From Octopus sinensis (Eukaryota), in assembly GCF_006345805.1 (NCBI RefSeq), contig NC_042999.1:40858001-40922000 (forward strand): a stretch of 64,000 bases of DNA, in the 5' to 3' direction. A program made the translations under genes and the position numbers. Position 1 is the first letter of the stretch; every line of letters starts with the position of its first letter. The notes beneath the pieces were generated by a model that ran no database searches, was not told the origin of the DNA, and saw only the letters and a list, made by a program, of their open reading frames with translations. This document shows, one piece after another, positions 1 through 12,489 of this stretch.

Positions 1-608
1 AAATGCGAATCGAGCTAAGTGTATTCATGTACTTATATCGATATTGACGTTGATATATTTTTCTTGGTGAAGAAATCATTAATAATATAGGTGATAATTA
101 CGAAAATTTAATATAGAGTTACTGAAGGAATGTAATATAAGGAAGTAATTGGGTATTTGTATATATATAATGCGAAAATGTAAGTCAGGTGTTAATATGC
201 TAATATATTTATTTAGTTATAATTTTGAGGTGAGATATTTCAATGTTCAGTCAATGATGGGTTAATATGTATGTCATTATGTATTATTGGATGTAAAGAA
301 AATGTAGCTCGTCAGGTTTCAACGATGTCTACTTCGTTATTCGATCAACAGAGTTATGTTTTACATCGAATAAACGTAAGATTGAACACTCCTTAGATAT
401 TCTTGTTACTTTCAAGGAAAATCAATGAAATACAACGTATAACAAGACAGAACTGTTAAATTACAGCTCTTATATATCCTCGAATTTCCACACAGTTTCT
501 GTCTACTCAGTTTCATTATCTATGTATCGGAAGGGATCGAAATTGTGATGATATTCAGTTGCTCAATGGTTATGTTTTTTCCTCTTTTTTTCTCACCTAT
601 TTTACCTT

Positions 609-889
609 GTGCTTCTTTGTACCGCAACTATGACACATACACATAAACATACTTATATATACATACATATATACCTATATATATATACATACATACCTAT
701 ATACATATACATACATACCTATATACATATACATGCATACATAATACATATACATGCATACACATACATACATATATATGTATCTATATAGGTATATATG
801 TATGTGTATGTATGTATGTATATAGGTATATATGTATGTATATGTATATATATATATATGTATGTATATATATATTTATGTTTATTCAT

Positions 890-955
<66 letters not shown>

Positions 956-970
956 AGAGAGAGAGAGAGA
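609..970. repeat. Compound (TA)n/(TACA)n/(GA)n microsatellite
   Basis: Directly visible; source of the YI-rich ORFs at 609 and 812. Confidence 0.95.
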
Positions 971-1050
971 GATTCAGATGAATTAGGCACTTAAGTTGAG
1001 GCACCAGAATTTAGTACGGTATTGTCCATACAGCTTCATAATTAGGTGAT

Positions 1051-1480
1051 TAAAATCAAAATAAGCAACAGGATATCCAGAAGTAATGCAGCACGATTAT
1101 TTCAAGCGCCTCCATTTAAGTGAACAATGCAATCATTACTTCATATTAAATGCAGAGCAATTCTCAGCTGCAGAAATACTTAGAATTAAATTAAAACAGA
1201 TGGACACATTGGTATAAATTTACCTAAAACATCTAAAATTTCTAAGCTGAAGTGAAGACAGCATGATCTTTGTCTATCTCCTTGCTTTCTTGGAGGTTTC
1301 AGGTAAAATTATACTAATGTGTCCATCTGTTTTAATTTAATTTAATTCTATGTATCTATGCAGCTGAGAATTGCTCTGCATTTAAATTGAAGTAATGATT
1401 GCATTGTTCAATTAAATGGAGTCGCTTGAAACGATCGTACTGCATTACTTCTGGATATCCTGTTGTTTATTTTGGTTTTT
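1051..1480. mobile_element. Fold-back element: arms ~1051-1230 and ~1296-1480, 65-bp spacer
   Basis: AAAATCAAAATAAGCAACAGGATATCCAG...TTTACCTAAAAC is the reverse complement, with scattered mismatches, of GTTTCAGGTAAAATT...CTGGATATCCTGTTGTTTATTTTGGTTTT. Confidence 0.85.
1358..1445 (+). ncRNA. Type I hammerhead-like fold with atypical CUGAGA core
   Basis: Stem I ATGCAG/CTGCAT; core CTGAGA (one nt short of CUGANGA); long stem II CATTTAAATTGAA/TTCAATTAAATG; GAA + palindromic stem III ACGATCGT + A (GUA site). Confidence 0.45.
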
Positions 1481-1548
<68 letters not shown>

Positions 1549-1564
1549 TATATTATATATATAT

Positions 1565-1598
<34 letters not shown>

Positions 1599-3407
1599 GT
1601 ATGCATGTATGTGTCTGTGTTTGCGTTGTCTCAGGCCACCACTCGACAACCTGTGATAATTTGTTTAGTCCTTGTATCATTGCGAATTGGCAAAAGAAAT
1701 CGATAGAATAAGTTCCAGGCTCAAGCAAAGTACAGGTGTTGTCTTCTTCCACTAAAGCCGTCGTGGTAGCGCACCAGGACATTCGCAGTCTGCAGCAAGT
1801 GAATTAAATCTAGAACCAAATCACAGACAGATCTGGAATATAGAGACCATGTCAATGAAGAATCCGAGATTTGCGACGAAAAGACTTGGGCAATCATAAC
1901 TGATTGATTGATTAAACTGATAGATTAATCAAATTGTTGTTCGATTAAAAAGCTACACAATTGAATATTAATAACAAAGAAGTGAAACTGAACTAGTGCG
2001 TGTGTTTATTATTGGTGTTTTAGGTTTAATTTTAATTAAAACCGTTCCAAAATTAATTTTGAAACCGTCGTAGTCTCGGCTTATTGCGATATTAACTTTT
2101 GGTCCACTTCTCCCCCACAGTCATCATAATTAATAAATTTTTATTGAGTAAATGATACAGTATAGAGATCATAGATATAAAGGCACACAAGTTTACTGTA
2201 TGGTGCTGCCATATTGCATGTTATATATCATATAACTACAGATTTTGCTTTGAGTTAGATTTCTCAAACAAACCTCCCCCATCAGTTGCAGAGATGGTAG
2301 CAGACATACATGTGTTAGTAATTTTGCAAGGATTAACCCGATCCAAAAATACGCTTGTATACACATGTATTTAATATATCAATACATTTGTATGTATATA
2401 CATATATGTACACACACACATACACATACACAAACACACAAACACACTCACACACGTAAATATGCATTTGAGTATATATACGAATGAATCTATTATGCAG
2501 TATTATAACCCAATTTATATGTATGTAACATAAGTATTATCACTATTACATCTATTTTTCCTTCTTTTCTTATTTTTCTTTCATATGCTGCCTTGGTATT
2601 AAAAACATACATTTCAACAGTCAAAGAATTTCAATAAACATATCTGAACTTGAAATCTTTGCCTCTGTAAAAGAATACTTCTCCAAAATTTCATATGTAC
2701 AGAGAAATTTAGGTTAATTCAAGAATTGCATAACATTGGCGACTGTATATTTCTATATTCCACTAAGTTTTTACAGAGATGAAAGCTAACAGAAGCGGCA
2801 TTGACTCATGTATTGAATTACTTGTGTATTTCGACCATGAGCATGTATGTATATATATATATATATATATATACATACATAGACACACACACGTACACTC
2901 ATATATATACATGCATAAGTATGGTTATGTATATATGTAAACACACATAAGCATGAGCACAGAATGCAGATATACATATACATAGATATACATATAAGTG
3001 CATTTGCTTCTTTATCCGTGTGAGTGTCTATACATGAAATAGTATGTATTCAAACACACTTACTGATTCAGTTACATTTGTATACACGTATCTGAACAGG
3101 GAGACGTATGTTCATGTATAATGTGTATATGCATTTTTGCTTCCTGCTTTTTTGCTTTCCTTTTTAAATTTTTTTCTTTCGCTTTTTTTCTGTATGCTTA
3201 TAATCATGCATATCTCTATGTAAATACAATTTCGCTTCTAGTATACCATCGATATTTAAGATTCCAGTACATATTACTCTCCCTTTCTCTTTCTCCCTTT
3301 GCTGCATGTGTATATTCGTGTATGCATGTATGTATGTAACCACGTGTGGATTGTTGGTGATTTATTTCCACCGTTTTCCTTTTCTCTTGGACTTTCCTCC
3401 GTCTCCT

Positions 3408-3442
3408 GTTTCTGACGAAGAGCTTTACTCGAAACGTAAAAC
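3408..3442 (+). ncRNA. Minimal (dimer-type) type I hammerhead ribozyme
   Basis: GTTT-CTGACGA-A-GAG(CTTTA)CTC-GAA-ACGT-A-AAAC: stem I GTTT/AAAC, intact core, palindromic stem III ACGT, GUA site. Confidence 0.7.
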
Positions 3443-3946
3443 TATTTTTGTCCTTCACTGAACGTCTGCTAATACTCTCCATGCACCACGTCCTCAAGTT
3501 GTTTTTTCTTGTATTTGTCCTCGTCTTTCTCTTGGTTAACTAATATATAATATTCTACATTGAGAGAAGAAAGGGATGGACGATTCAATTCGATGCTGCT
3601 GCCGCATTATGTCGTACGGGAACGAGAAGATTTGCATCCCCAACCAAGAATTTCGGAAGTAACACATGTCCTTGTGGAAGCTGTTTGCGCGGCTGAAGAA
3701 GCCACAGACATACATTATGATTTGTTATGAATCTGTCTAATAAAGGCCCGAAACATATTTACCGCTGAATCCTTCGCCTCATGTTTTTATTTTTATTTTT
3801 ATTTTGATCAATTTATTTTTATTTTTATTTTGATCAATTTACTCCACCACCTACACCACCAAACGGTATACACAGGTGCTTATAATTATCAAGTACTCAC
3901 CCCGAATTTCTACTATATATATATATATATATATATTATATATGCT

Positions 3947-4162
3947 CTTTAGTCTTTTACTTGTTTCAGTCATTTGACTGCGGCCATGCTGTGCACCCGC
4001 CTTTAATCGAGCAACTCGACCCCGGGACTTATTCTTTGTAAGCCCAGTACTTATTCTATCGGTCTCTTTTTGCCGAACCGCTAGTGACGGGGACATAAAC
4101 ACACCAGCATCGGTTGTCAAGCAATGCTAGGGGGACAAACACAGACCCACAAACACACACAC

Positions 4163-4204
<42 letters not shown>

Positions 4205-4376
4205 TACAATATATACGACGGGCTTCTTTCAGTTTCCGTCTAGCAAATCCACTCACAAGGCTTTGGTCGGCCTGAGGCTATAGTAGAAGACATTTGCCCA
4301 AGGTGACACGCAGTGGACTGAACCCAGAACCATATGGTTGGTAAACAGCTACTTACCACACAGCCACTCCTGCGCC

Positions 4377-4380
<4 letters not shown>
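3947..4380 (-). mobile_element. SINE family A (tRNA head + CORE-like segment + internal microsatellite + CR1-type tail), near full length
   Basis: On the minus strand: A box TGGCTGTGTGG, B-box-like GGTTCAGTCC, CCTTGGGCAAATGTCTTC, tail GGTGCACAGCATGGCCGCAGTCAAATGACTGAAACAAG. Confidence 0.85.
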
Positions 4381-4467
<87 letters not shown>

Positions 4468-4493
4468 GTATATATATATATATATATATTATA

Positions 4494-4567
<74 letters not shown>

Positions 4568-4667
4568 ATATTTATATATATATGTATATATATATGTATA
4601 TATATATATGTATATATATATATGTATATATATATATGTATATATATATATGTATGTATATATAATG

Positions 4668-4698
<31 letters not shown>

Positions 4699-4801
4699 GT
4701 ATATATATATGTATTATATATGTATATATATATGTGTATATATATATAGTATATATTATATATATAATTATAATATATATTATATATATATATATATATA
4801 T

Positions 4802-4863
<62 letters not shown>

Positions 4864-4880
4864 TACATACATACACATAC
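4379..4880. repeat. ~500-bp (TA)n-rich microsatellite
   Basis: Directly visible. Confidence 0.95.
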
Positions 4881-4953
4881 ACAAGTATGCAATACAGCTT
4901 TCGTTACATTTGGAACACGATGAAATATCATTTCTCCCCAGTGGTGTATTATA

Positions 4954-5589
4954 CAAGGTGCGTAAGATATTTCAAGACAGATTTGTGTTTATAAGAAGAA
5001 AAAAAAACAGATTTATAGTAACACGTAATAAATTTATTTATCGAAAAATGCTATGAGGATAAAAATAAACCTTCTTATCTATAATGTTATTTGATAAAGC
5101 CACCTTCAGCTTCAGCAACTGTTTCTACATTGAGGTCCAGGAAATAATTGTTAAGCCCGGAAGGTTAGATGTGTTTCTGTAAGACTCTGCACTATTACGT
5201 ATGGCACTAGTAACACAGGAACGGATGGCTGAAAATTTTCATGATCACATAACACCTAAAATTTGGCCTGCTAGTTCCCCAGCTCTCAATCCATGAGTAG
5301 CGTTGTTGAGAGAGAGTCAACGAAATACGCCCATAACACCAAAGATTCTTTGAAAGCTGCCATAGTCAGAGTAATATCCAAAATTAACTAGTATGACTTG
5401 ATTCGAGCATGTAGATGATATATATCTCATATGGAAGAAGTTGATGAAGCAGTAGGTGGCTTTATTGAATAACATTATAGAAAAGGTTTATTTTAATCCT
5501 CATAGCACTTTTTGATAAATAAAGTAATTATCTGTTATATATCTGTCTTTCTTTTTAAAACATAAATCTGTCCTCAAATATCTTTGTAA

Positions 5590-5592
<3 letters not shown>
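4954..5592 (+). mobile_element. Non-autonomous Tc1/mariner derivative with ~140-150-bp TIRs and transposase C-terminal relic
   Basis: TIRs ~4954-5105 and ~5456-5592. Internal translation with frameshift and stops: QERMAENFHDHITPKIWPASSPALNP / VVERESTKYAHNTKDSLKAAIVRVISKIN*YDLIRACR*YISHMEEVDEAVGGFIE*, matching the WPxxSPDLNP motif region of Tc1/mariner transposases. Confidence 0.8.
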
Positions 5593-5634
<42 letters not shown>

Positions 5635-5690
5635 TATATATATAATCTATATATATATATCTATATATATATATATATGTTATATATGTG

Positions 5691-5736
<46 letters not shown>

Positions 5737-6049
5737 AGAGAATTATATTTTCAATAATAATAAGGGTAAAATTAATTAATAATTTTACCAAGCAGTGTTC
5801 AGTATGTAAAGACCATTTACGGTATATTTAAAACATTACTTTATATAATTAGGGTTCAGCAAAAAAGTTTACTGTACCACACACCGAACTTTTAGAAATA
5901 GCAGCCAAAGAATTTAGCTATTTCCTCTACTATAAGTATATATATATATATAGTTAATCCAAACAAGAAAGCACAAAAAACATAACAACGCGAGAACGTG
6001 GAACAAATATAGTATTATTGGACGCTCAGGAAAGAAGGAAAGAAGGAGG

Positions 6050-6084
6050 GTTTAACGTTTCGAGCTGAGCTCTTCGTCGGAAAC
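6050..6084 (-). ncRNA. Minimal hammerhead, same family as 3408-3442, core mutated (CCGACGA)
   Basis: Minus strand GTTT-CCGACGA-A-GAGC(TCA)GCTC-GAA-ACGT-T-AAAC; lies in a TA-flanked repeat at ~5733-6180. Confidence 0.6.
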
Positions 6085-6242
6085 ATAGGAGAAGGAAAGA
6101 TCCAGAGAAGAGAAGACAGAGGGAAAAAAATCGCCAACGGTACACACGCGGTCACATTTTGAATGACCGGAAGGAAATGTATATATATATATTTTTTTTT
6201 TTGCTGAACCCTAATTATATATACATATATATATATAATATA

Positions 6243-6305
<63 letters not shown>

Positions 6306-6781
6306 GAGCTTCATATTATATAATATGAAGAGCTACGAATCAACTCACAAGGCACTGGCTATTTCGTCAGCCCAGGCCTCAACCCGAACCCGAACCCATA
6401 CGGTTGGGGTGCAAACTTCTTACCACACAGCCATGCCAGTGGAAGAGAAGACGCTATGATAAGCGTATATTACACGAACAGCGGATTATTCCCTATTCCG
6501 GATACATAAAAACCTTACATCTTAATCAAGGTACAAGTAATTCCGCAACATAGAAGTTGATAACTGTTTCGCTCGAGCGTGTAGTATAGAGATAAAAGAT
6601 GGACAAAGCACGTATGTATGGCATTGTATCATTTATATGTTTCATGAAAGATGTTACATAAGCCTAACATGTTTTATAAATGATATAAATTATATTAGGC
6701 CATTTATACTTCTTGTCTATCTTTTATCTTCTGCTTCGATATATATATATATAATATATATAAATATATAAATATATATAT

Positions 6782-6839
<58 letters not shown>

Positions 6840-7886
6840 ATATATATACATGTATATATAACATATATATGCATATATATACATATATATATATGTATGC
6901 ATACATATATTTATTTATATATATGCATATTAACATATAGATATATGCACATATATATATATAGACATAAATAGGTATATATTTATATACATATATATAT
7001 ATATGTATACATATGTATACCTATACATACACACACACACGCACACACATATATATATATATACATATACATAAATAAATAGAATCACATACACACACAC
7101 ACATATTCATGCATATATATATATACACATATATATACATATATATATACACATACATAGACACATTATATGCGAATTTGTGCTTGTGTGTGTGTGATTA
7201 TATGCGAATTTGTGCTTGTATGCGTGTGTGTGTGTGCGCGTGTGTGCGTGTGCGTGAAAATATGCCTGGGATACATTTTCTGATATTGGTAGAGTGCGTG
7301 GTGAGTGTGCACATTTGCAGATAGACAGATAAAACAGACGAAAGTAAGCTGATTAATTCGATGTTCGGTCTATGTTACAAGGGAAATGAGCTTAACATCA
7401 GTTACCGGCATAATATCTTCCTGAAGCATAACCGAAAGATCATTCAATTAAAGGAATGTCTTTACTCTTGTGGCTTGCGACATAGCAAGTTTGTTTGAAA
7501 ATTAATAATATGTGTGTTGGTGGTGGTGGTGGTTTTGGTGGTCAAATCTGTAAACTTGGATTCTCATTAAACATTGAAACTGATAAAACGATGCAGTGTT
7601 TTTGATGTTTTGTTTATATAAACAAAACAAAAATAATAAAAGCCAAAATATGTCAAACAACTAAACCAGACAACCAGATAAACAGGCAATCAGCCAAATA
7701 GCCTAACAACTTTCTGTCCACTCAAACACAGAACCGACTCACCATCCTGCTTGTCGACCTAACAGCAAACCAGTAGACAAACAGACAGACAGACAGACAG
7801 ACGGACGAACATGCAGATAGACAGACGGACAGTCGGACAGACTGATGGTTAATCCCAAATAAACAGCCAATCAACACAGTAAAATA

Positions 7887-8111
7887 TCAACAATTCAAAG
7901 AATTCAGGAATTTCATTATTTGTTGTATCCGTGGCAACACTTCAAGCGCTTCCGTCTGATAGTTTTCAAACATTGTTTTTAGTGTCTGTTTCACTCTGAG
8001 TAATTCCTCCCCACCAGGGTCATTAGTTATAGATTCTACGTAATCAAGAAGTGTTGTGCAGTGCAGCAGAGTGCAGCAGATCAGAATGCATTTGAAGTTC
8101 ATCACAGACAT
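7887..8111 (-). CDS. Candidate small secreted peptide precursor (74 aa, or 71 aa from the second Met)
   Basis: MNFKCILICCTLLHCTTLLDYVES-ITNDPGGEELLRVKQTLKTMFENYQTEALEVLPRIQQIMKFLNSLNC: basic n-region, hydrophobic core, V-x-S cleavage motif, protein-like composition in non-repeat DNA. No homology recognised. Confidence 0.3.
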   Translation of the reverse strand: MSVMNFKCILICCTLLHCTTLLDYVESITNDPGGEELLRVKQTLKTMFENYQTEALEVLPRIQQIMKFLNSLNC

Positions 8112-8608
8112 ATATTGTTCGTAGTTGTGACATTACGGGAAATATGTGCCTCTCAAAACGGTCAAGAGTAATTAGATTTAGCAAAGATACTTGAATTAGA
8201 AAGGAAGCCCTGGGCAAGTAAATATTAAGTATCTTGCCCATGGAAATACAATGTAGTGCGGTGCAACGCCTCCAGCGAGGGAAGGATGCGTTTCCGATGT
8301 GGAAGGTAACTATCCTATGGAACTGACCAATTTCTTTATAAATATATCTCCAGCATTGGTGCTTAAGTGAAATATCTTGTTTGTCTCTTTTGTAGTGTAT
8401 TGTGATACTTCTTATACAACAAAAATAACAACTAAACTACTACCACTACTACTACTACTACTTCTACTAATCGTTTCTGATATAGGTACAACGGGGAATA
8501 ATTCAGTTTCGCACCTCTCCTTGAAAAATGCATTTTTTGGAAAAAATGTTTTCGGATTCCTACGTATTAGATGTTGGAGATTACGAATATGCAATATATA
8601 TATATATA

Positions 8609-8842
8609 TATTTCTTTACTACCCACAAGGGGCTAAACATAGAGGGGACAAACAAGGACAGACAAACGGATTAAGTCGATTATATCGACCCCAGTGCGTA
8701 ACTGGTACTTAATTTATCGACCCCGAAAGGATGAAAGGCAAAGTCGACCTCGGCGGAATTTGAACTCGGAACGTAACGACAGATGAAATACAGCTACGAA
8801 TTTCGCCCGGCGTGCTAACGTTTCTACGTGCTAACGTTTCTA
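8609..8842 (-). mobile_element. SINE family B (B1 tail), 5'-clipped
   Basis: GAGTTCAAATTCCGCCGAGGTCGACTTTGCCTTTCATCCTTTCGGGGTCGATAAATTAAGTACCAG...GCCCCTTGTGGGTAGTAAAGAAAT on the minus strand. Confidence 0.85.
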
Positions 8843-9002
8843 TATATATTACCCCCAACCACACCCTCCTTCCCCTCCCATTTAAAATTTTCAACTTTTT
8901 CGAAATTTTTCTTCTCAACGTTTTAGATGACGGAGATTCTGGATATGCAAGAAACCACGTTTTGAAGCGTTTTAAATTCAATAAGCATATAGATGTGTCT
9001 AA

Positions 9003-9067
<65 letters not shown>

Positions 9068-9145
9068 TAGATAGATAGATGGATAGATAGATAGATAGAT
9101 GGATGGATGGATATGGATGGATAGATAGATAGATAGGTAGGTAGG

Positions 9146-9195
<50 letters not shown>

Positions 9196-9486
9196 TATGA
9201 ATGGATATAGGACCGCCACATTTAGTTCACAAATATATTTTTTGAATAAACGGATAGGGATAAATAGATAGACACACAAATAAATGGATGAAAAAGTTCA
9301 AAATTTAAGATTGGGGGAGGGAGTGAAATTTGAAGCCTAGTACTTATTCTATCGGTCTCTTTTGCCGAACCACTAAGTTACTGGGATATAAACACACCAC
9401 CATCTGTTGTCAAGCGATGTTCGGGGACAAACACAGACGAACAAACATATACACACACACATATACATATATATATATATAATATA

Positions 9487-9519
<33 letters not shown>

Positions 9520-9756
9520 AGGACAACTTCTTAATAAGGAATCTTAATAAGAAATTATCAGGTAGATAGCGTGAAAAACCTCATAAGAGAAAAATTTCGA
9601 AAATAATTCTTTCTTATTGAACATATTAATTTATATATAGAGGGCATTATTATACAAAGATGCCACACGCTAAGAGGGACAAAAAGTCATTTCTACCAAA
9701 AATTTTACTAATCCCACCGAATGCAATCTTTCAAAGCAAGACATTTAAAAAATATA

Positions 9757-9803
9757 GACTTGTATCACCTGTGATTTCGTACTTACGCACTCTTCAGCAA
9801 GCC
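9757..9803 (-). ncRNA. Type I hammerhead ribozyme (left-arm copy)
   Basis: Exact reverse complement of 10286-10332. Confidence 0.8.
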
Positions 9804-10285
9804 TGGACGTATCATAAATAAACGGCCCTGTCTCGTCGAAGCCAAGCAGCTAACTGCTCAACGTCAACGAAGCACATGGGGAGTTTACATATATTACATC
9901 CGGTAAATGGCAGGCTTCTTCGAATTGCATTTCGGATAGGAAAAGTTTTTTCGGAATAAAATTATTTAGCAATTAAGGACAACTTCTTAATAAGGAATCT
10001 TAATAAATATGTTCAATAAGAAAGAATTATTTTCGAAATTTTTCTCTTATGAGGTTTTTCACGCTATCTACCTGATAATTTCTTATTAAGATTCCTTATT
10101 AAGAAGTTGTCCTTAATTGCTAAATAATTTTATTCCGAAAAAACTTTTCCTATCCGAAATGCAATTCGAAGAAGCCTGCCATTTACCGGATGTAATATAT
10201 GTAAACTCCCCATGTGCTTCGTTGACGTTGAGCAGTTAGCTGCTTGGCTTCGACGAGACAGGGCTGTTTATTTATGATACGTCCA

Positions 10286-10332
10286 GGCTTGCTGAAGAGT
10301 GCGTAAGTACGAAATCACAGGTGATACAAGTC
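10286..10332 (+). ncRNA. Type I hammerhead ribozyme (right-arm copy)
   Basis: GGCTTG-CTGAAGA-GTGC(GTAA)GTAC-GAA-ATCAC(AG)GTGAT-A-CAAGTC: 6-bp stem I, intact core, GNRA-capped stem II, 5-bp stem III, AUA site after 10326. Confidence 0.8.
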
Positions 10333-10594
10333 TATATTTTTTAAATGTCTTGCTTTGAAAGATTGCATTCGGTGGGATTAGTAAAATGTTTGGTAGAAAT
10401 GACTTTTTGTCCCTCTTAGCGTGTGGCATCTTTGTATAATAATGCCCTCTATATATAAATTAATATGTTCAATAAGAAAGAATTATTTTCGAAATTTTTC
10501 TCTTATGAGGTTTTTCACGCTATCTACCTGATAATTTCTTATTAAGATTCCTTATTAAGAAGTTGTCCTTAATTGCTATATATATATAATATAT

Positions 10595-10666
<72 letters not shown>

Positions 10667-10712
10667 TGTAGTATGTATGTGTATATGTTTGTGTGTCTGT
10701 GTTATATATATA

Positions 10713-10748
<36 letters not shown>

Positions 10749-10751
<3 letters not shown>

Positions 10752-10905
10752 TACGACGGGCTTCTTTCAGTTTCCGTCATCCAGATCCACTCACAAGTCT
10801 TTGGTCGACCCGAGGCATAGTAGAAGACACTTTTCCAAGGTGCCACGCAGTGGGAATGAACCTGGAACCATGCGGATGGTAAGCAAGCTACTTATCACAC
10901 AAAAC
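10749..10905 (-). mobile_element. SINE family A, 5' half
   Basis: Same head and CORE-like sequence as 3947-4380. Confidence 0.8.
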
Positions 10906-11757
10906 TTTATAACATTAATTATTAAATATTAATGTTTGTTTCTCATAAAATGGTGTATATTTAATTTACGTTATATTATTTACGATCATTTAAGGCAAAC
11001 TCAAGTAAAACGCAAATTCTTTTCACTTTAATGTTTTTACCTGCATTTAGTTTCGATTTGCATATGTTCGTCAGTTCGCTACGATCTCTTTAAAGTAAAC
11101 CAAATCAAAAATTTAAATTGGTGGGTAAAATTTAAAAAAAAATTTTTTCCGCATATTCGTAAACTCCGACATCCTAAAACCTAGGAATCTGAGAAAAAAA
11201 TGTTCAAAAAAATGCATTTTTCAAGAAGAGGTGCGAAACTGCATTAGCCCCGCACAACGCTTGAAATTTCGGCAGTGTGTGGCTAGTCTGTTACACTGAC
11301 ATTAATGCTAGACTGTTCTTACTTCAGCGATTCCGAAACGTTGAAAGGCAAAGCCTTTCTCAGCGGAATTTGAACTCATAATATAAAGATGAACAAGATT
11401 GTCTATCTCTTTCTGGCTCTCTTCTGAATGGCTTCTTTCAGTTACCGTGAGCAATTCAACTCACACGGCACTGGCTGCTTCGTCGTTCCACGACTGAACC
11501 CAAAATCATGTGGGTGACATACAAAATTCTTACTGTGTAGTTCCTTCTCTAACTGAAGCCTCTAAAATTAATTGCAGTCCTTCTTATGCTGTAACATTAG
11601 CGAGATTGTAATAGTATTGGGGTAGAACTGAGAATGGAAATGGAACATGTGAGGCTAATGCTCCAGACGTTATTACTAAGACGACAAAATTTTACCATGT
11701 CATCGAAGAGATACGGCTTTATTTTGAGAGAAGACTATACTTACAAAAAGTGACTTA

Positions 11758-11803
<46 letters not shown>

Positions 11804-12295
11804 GGTCCCGGGTTGATTCGGGGTTAACCACAGTAAATAAGGTACTCAATACATAGCAGAGTAAAATTAATTTATTATATAGAAGGAGCTTCTACAGGAC
11901 TAGAACTGTTTCATTCAAGAGAAATCTTCAGGAAGCTAGTTAACAAGAATTGTATTGGCATTTATACATTTAGGCAGGTTTAACGGGGTGTTGGTGGGGG
12001 ACTTTTTTGGGGTTAGGCATAGCGTAAAATATCATACTTGGGGGAGTGGTCAAGGAGTCAGTGTTAAATTAGATAGAAGAATAAATAAAAAGATAAAAAA
12101 TAAAATAAAAAACCTATATATAAAAAAACCTATATATAAAAAAACCTATATATAAAAAAAAGGGGGAATAGAGTTTTAGATAAATAAGGAGATTCTCACT
12201 TATACCTATGCACACATGTATACATACATACACACACATATATATGTTTGTATGTTTGTATGTGTGTGTATGTATAATAAATATATATATAATAA

Positions 12296-12347
<52 letters not shown>

Positions 12348-12489
12348 CAACATACACATACATACATACATACATACATACATACATACATACATAAACA
12401 TAATACATAGGGTAATAATGAATTATTATTACCATTGGCCTAGCACAAAAAACGAATTAGTCATTAGACTATATATTATTCATATAGAA

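Larger units (their letters stand above)
9519..10578. mobile_element. TA-flanked palindromic element built from a 456-bp permuted unit, one hammerhead per arm (Penelope pLTR/retrozyme-like)
   Basis: AAGGACAACTTCTTAATAAGG occurs at 9519 and 9975; ATATGTTCAATAAG occurs at 10007 and 10463 (period 456). 9519-10006 is the reverse complement of ~10083-10570 with two substitutions seen. Confidence 0.85.

Noticed and set aside
4334-5056. Long YI/CV/HT-rich ORFs here and throughout (e.g. 57992-58606, 63200-63755)
   Set aside because: They are translations of (TA)n, (TG)n and (CA)n microsatellites.
8493-11255. ~100-bp inverted match between 8493-8590 and 11150-11250 as possible TIRs of a large element
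   Set aside because: Diverged, no TSD or transposase between them; best read as two copies of a dispersed repeat.
11900-11939. CTGAAGA...GAAAC hammerhead-like motif on the minus strand
   Set aside because: Stem I does not close next to the core, and the base of stem II is mismatched.
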